Below, piece by piece: positions 51,720 to 53,576 of a DNA stretch of 53,576 nucleotides (position 1 is the stretch's first letter; each line of letters begins with the position of its first letter). The DNA is from Actinomycetes bacterium (GTDB taxonomy: Bacteria; Actinomycetota; Acidimicrobiia; Acidimicrobiales; Acidimicrobiaceae): NCBI GenBank assembly GCA_021784785.1, contig JAJYHJ010000033.1, positions 1 to 53,576 of the forward strand, given 5' to 3'. The notes beneath the pieces are model-generated. The model saw only the letters and a list, made by a program, of their open reading frames with translations. It searched no databases and was not told the origin of the DNA. Made by a program: the position numbers and the translations under genes.

Positions 51720-53198
51720 GTGACGGACGGTGTAGCAAAGCCTGATCTCAATCGAGGCGCAATAGGCCTGAGAGAGGTGACTTTTCAAAGCATTACAGCT
51801 ATGGCTCCAGGAGCAGCTGTTGCTGCGTCAATACCCGCCGGCGCTGCATTCGCTGGCGGCAACCTTCCGTTGTCTGTCCTCATAGCCTTAGTAGCTAGCC
51901 TGCTAACCGCAGTCTCCATTGGCGAACTCGCCAGTCGGATTCCTTCGGCTGGGTCCCTGGCAGCCTACGGCGCAAAGGCGTTACACCCAATCGTTGGATT
52001 TTTCATAGGGTGGGGTTACATCTTTGTGTATGCTCTCGTACCTGCGTTGGTATTCTTGCAGCTTGGCTTTACCGTAGCTGCGACCTTTGCCTCAGAGTTC
52101 CACGGCTACCCCTCTAGTCTCTGGTGGCCTTGGTCCTTGGCGGGAGCGTTGATCGTATTTTTTATCAACTATAGAGGTATTACCACCTCAGCCCGCGCTG
52201 GAACCATACTAGGTGCAATAGAGATAGCGGTATTTGGAATACTCGCTGTTTTATTCATTGTAAAAGCCGGTGGACACAACACGCTGTCGGTATTTGGAAC
52301 CAGCTATACACCGAAAGCATTCCATGGGTTCACGGGAGTAATCGCCGGCTCCATCTACTCCCTTCTCGCCTTTGCTGGATTTGAAGCCGCTGCTCCTTTA
52401 GCCGAGGAAGCAAAGTCACCAAAGGTCACGATCAGGAGAGGAATACTAGCAGCCACAATAGGTATAGGAGTTTTTTACGTAATTACCACTTATGCAGTAT
52501 CGGTGGTATATGGTCCAGGCAAGTTCGCAAACTTTAATTCAGCCTCGTCCTGGCAAAGCCTCGCTCAAAGTCTCTTCGGATTGTTTTGGATATTGGTGTT
52601 TTTTGCGATCATCAACTCAACACTCGCAAATGGAAACGCAGGTACAAACGTGTCGACCCGGATGAGCTTCGCACTTGCACGCGTAAACGTGTTCCCCAAG
52701 GCACTAGCCAAGATCAGCCCCAAGCACAAGACTCCGGCCACAGCCGCTATCACGCAGCTTATCGTAACGGTGGTGGCTACGCTCTTTCTCGGCCTTGCCT
52801 ACAACCCAATTAACGGATTCGCACTTGACGGGACTATTATTACGATCGTCGTGGTGGCGGTTTACATGCTTATGAATGTCTCCTCGATCGTCTACTTTCT
52901 AAGACATGAAAAAGGGGGATTTAATCTCTTTTTTCACTTCGTTATCCCCGCACTCGGAGTCGTAGTACTCGTGCCTGCATTCCTAGCTGGAGCCGGAATT
53001 CCAGTCTTCTCATTCATCTCAACACTTCCCACCCCTATCTCATACGCTGGGCCAATCGTTGGAGTATGGATGTTGCTTGGAGTTGGTTTTTACCTCTACA
53101 AGAGATCGACTTCACCTCAAGCGATCGCCGCCATCTCTGAAGTCTTTGGAGAGGACGGCGGGGAGGTCCATCTCTCGCCAAGTCTGGTAATCGAATAG
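51720..53198 (+). CDS. APC-family amino acid/amine permease
   Basis: MAPG, ELASRIPSAGS, FAGFEAAAPLAEEAK, about 12 TM; GGAGG SD. Confidence 0.92.
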   Translation: MTDGVAKPDLNRGAIGLREVTFQSITAMAPGAAVAASIPAGAAFAGGNLPLSVLIALVASLLTAVSIGELASRIPSAGSLAAYGAKALHPIVGFFIGWGYIFVYALVPALVFLQLGFTVAATFASEFHGYPSSLWWPWSLAGALIVFFINYRGITTSARAGTILGAIEIAVFGILAVLFIVKAGGHNTLSVFGTSYTPKAFHGFTGVIAGSIYSLLAFAGFEAAAPLAEEAKSPKVTIRRGILAATIGIGVFYVITTYAVSVVYGPGKFANFNSASSWQSLAQSLFGLFWILVFFAIINSTLANGNAGTNVSTRMSFALARVNVFPKALAKISPKHKTPATAAITQLIVTVVATLFLGLAYNPINGFALDGTIITIVVVAVYMLMNVSSIVYFLRHEKGGFNLFFHFVIPALGVVVLVPAFLAGAGIPVFSFISTLPTPISYAGPIVGVWMLLGVGFYLYKRSTSPQAIAAISEVFGEDGGEVHLSPSLVIE

Positions 53199-53329
53199 GT
53201 CTACGATCGGTGTATTTAAACCTCTAAATATTGGAACCACTTGTCGATGCCTCGTCAGATTAGAAAGTGCCTTGGCATCGACAAAGGACTAAGGGATTAC
53301 CGAATGTTATCACGCGCGTGATATACTGA

Positions 53330-53576
53330 ATGGAGATAAGCGATAAATCGCTCGCGCGATTCTTTGACGTACTCCTTCCACACCTGAACGAAGTTCAACG
53401 ACGGGTAGCTGTTGGTGCAGCCTCAGTGATGCTAGGGCCAGGCAATAAGACACGAATAGCTACTACAGCACATATGAGTCGTAACACAGTGATCAAAGCT
53501 GAGAGAGAAGTTATAGCAGGAATTGAACCATCTGTTCGCCAACGTCCCATCGGTGGTGGTGACATAAAGGCCGAGA
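53330..53576 (+). mobile_element. ISAzo13-family transposase, 5' part (runs off the window; not in ORF track)
   Basis: Hand translation MEISDKSLARFFDVLLPHLNEVQRRVAVGAASVMLGPGNKTRIATTAHMSRNTVIKAEREVIAGIEPSVRQRPIGGG matches the remembered ISAzo13 N-terminus (LPHLxExxRR...SRxT...RxRxxGGG). Confidence 0.82.

Noticed and set aside
549-52813. Many short ORFs in the track overlapping confident genes (e.g. 549-881, 5137-5571, 43744-44313)
   Set aside because: Antisense or alternate-frame shadows of well-supported CDSs
1-53576. CRISPR arrays, tRNA/rRNA genes, prophage or defence genes
   Set aside because: No regularly spaced repeats, cloverleaf or rRNA signatures, or phage/defence motifs seen by eye

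Overview
Actinobacterial-looking chromosomal window of moderate GC (about 50% by eye). Gene content suggests Acidimicrobiia, but this is inference only. In order: (1) 142-7597, a complete System I cytochrome c maturation operon (ccmABCDEFG plus a ccmH-TPR fusion, including a 52-aa ccmD missing from the ORF track) headed by gmd. (2) A TetR gene, DUF202 and cysK-cysE with an Rrf2-like operator. (3) An eroded 1.3-kb spacer, then an MFS/TetR pair with a perfect 20-bp inverted-repeat operator and a GAF-EAL gene. (4) A FadR-linked D-amino-acid/D-Ala-D-Ala scavenging cluster. (5) 21275-43726, a 22-kb envelope glycoconjugate locus. It encodes a sulfotransferase, a dedicated NodPQ-like cysD-cysNC with cysQ, a flippase, a 1297-aa AftD-like GT-C/TPR protein with an internal lipobox, a polyprenyl-P-sugar synthase, a GT2-GT4 fusion, a PatA/LpxL-type acyltransferase, two more GT2s, a membrane-anchored beta-helix protein, and an ATPase-less MacAB-like pair preceded by a 10-codon ORF whose perfect SD sits in a hairpin. 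(6) Catabolic genes, a structured intergenic element, ArsR, SGNH, an APC permease and the 5' end of an ISAzo13-family transposase. The best candidate for an undescribed system is the locus in (5), read as a sulfated, acylated glycoconjugate pathway. All family assignments are by motif recognition; no searches were run.
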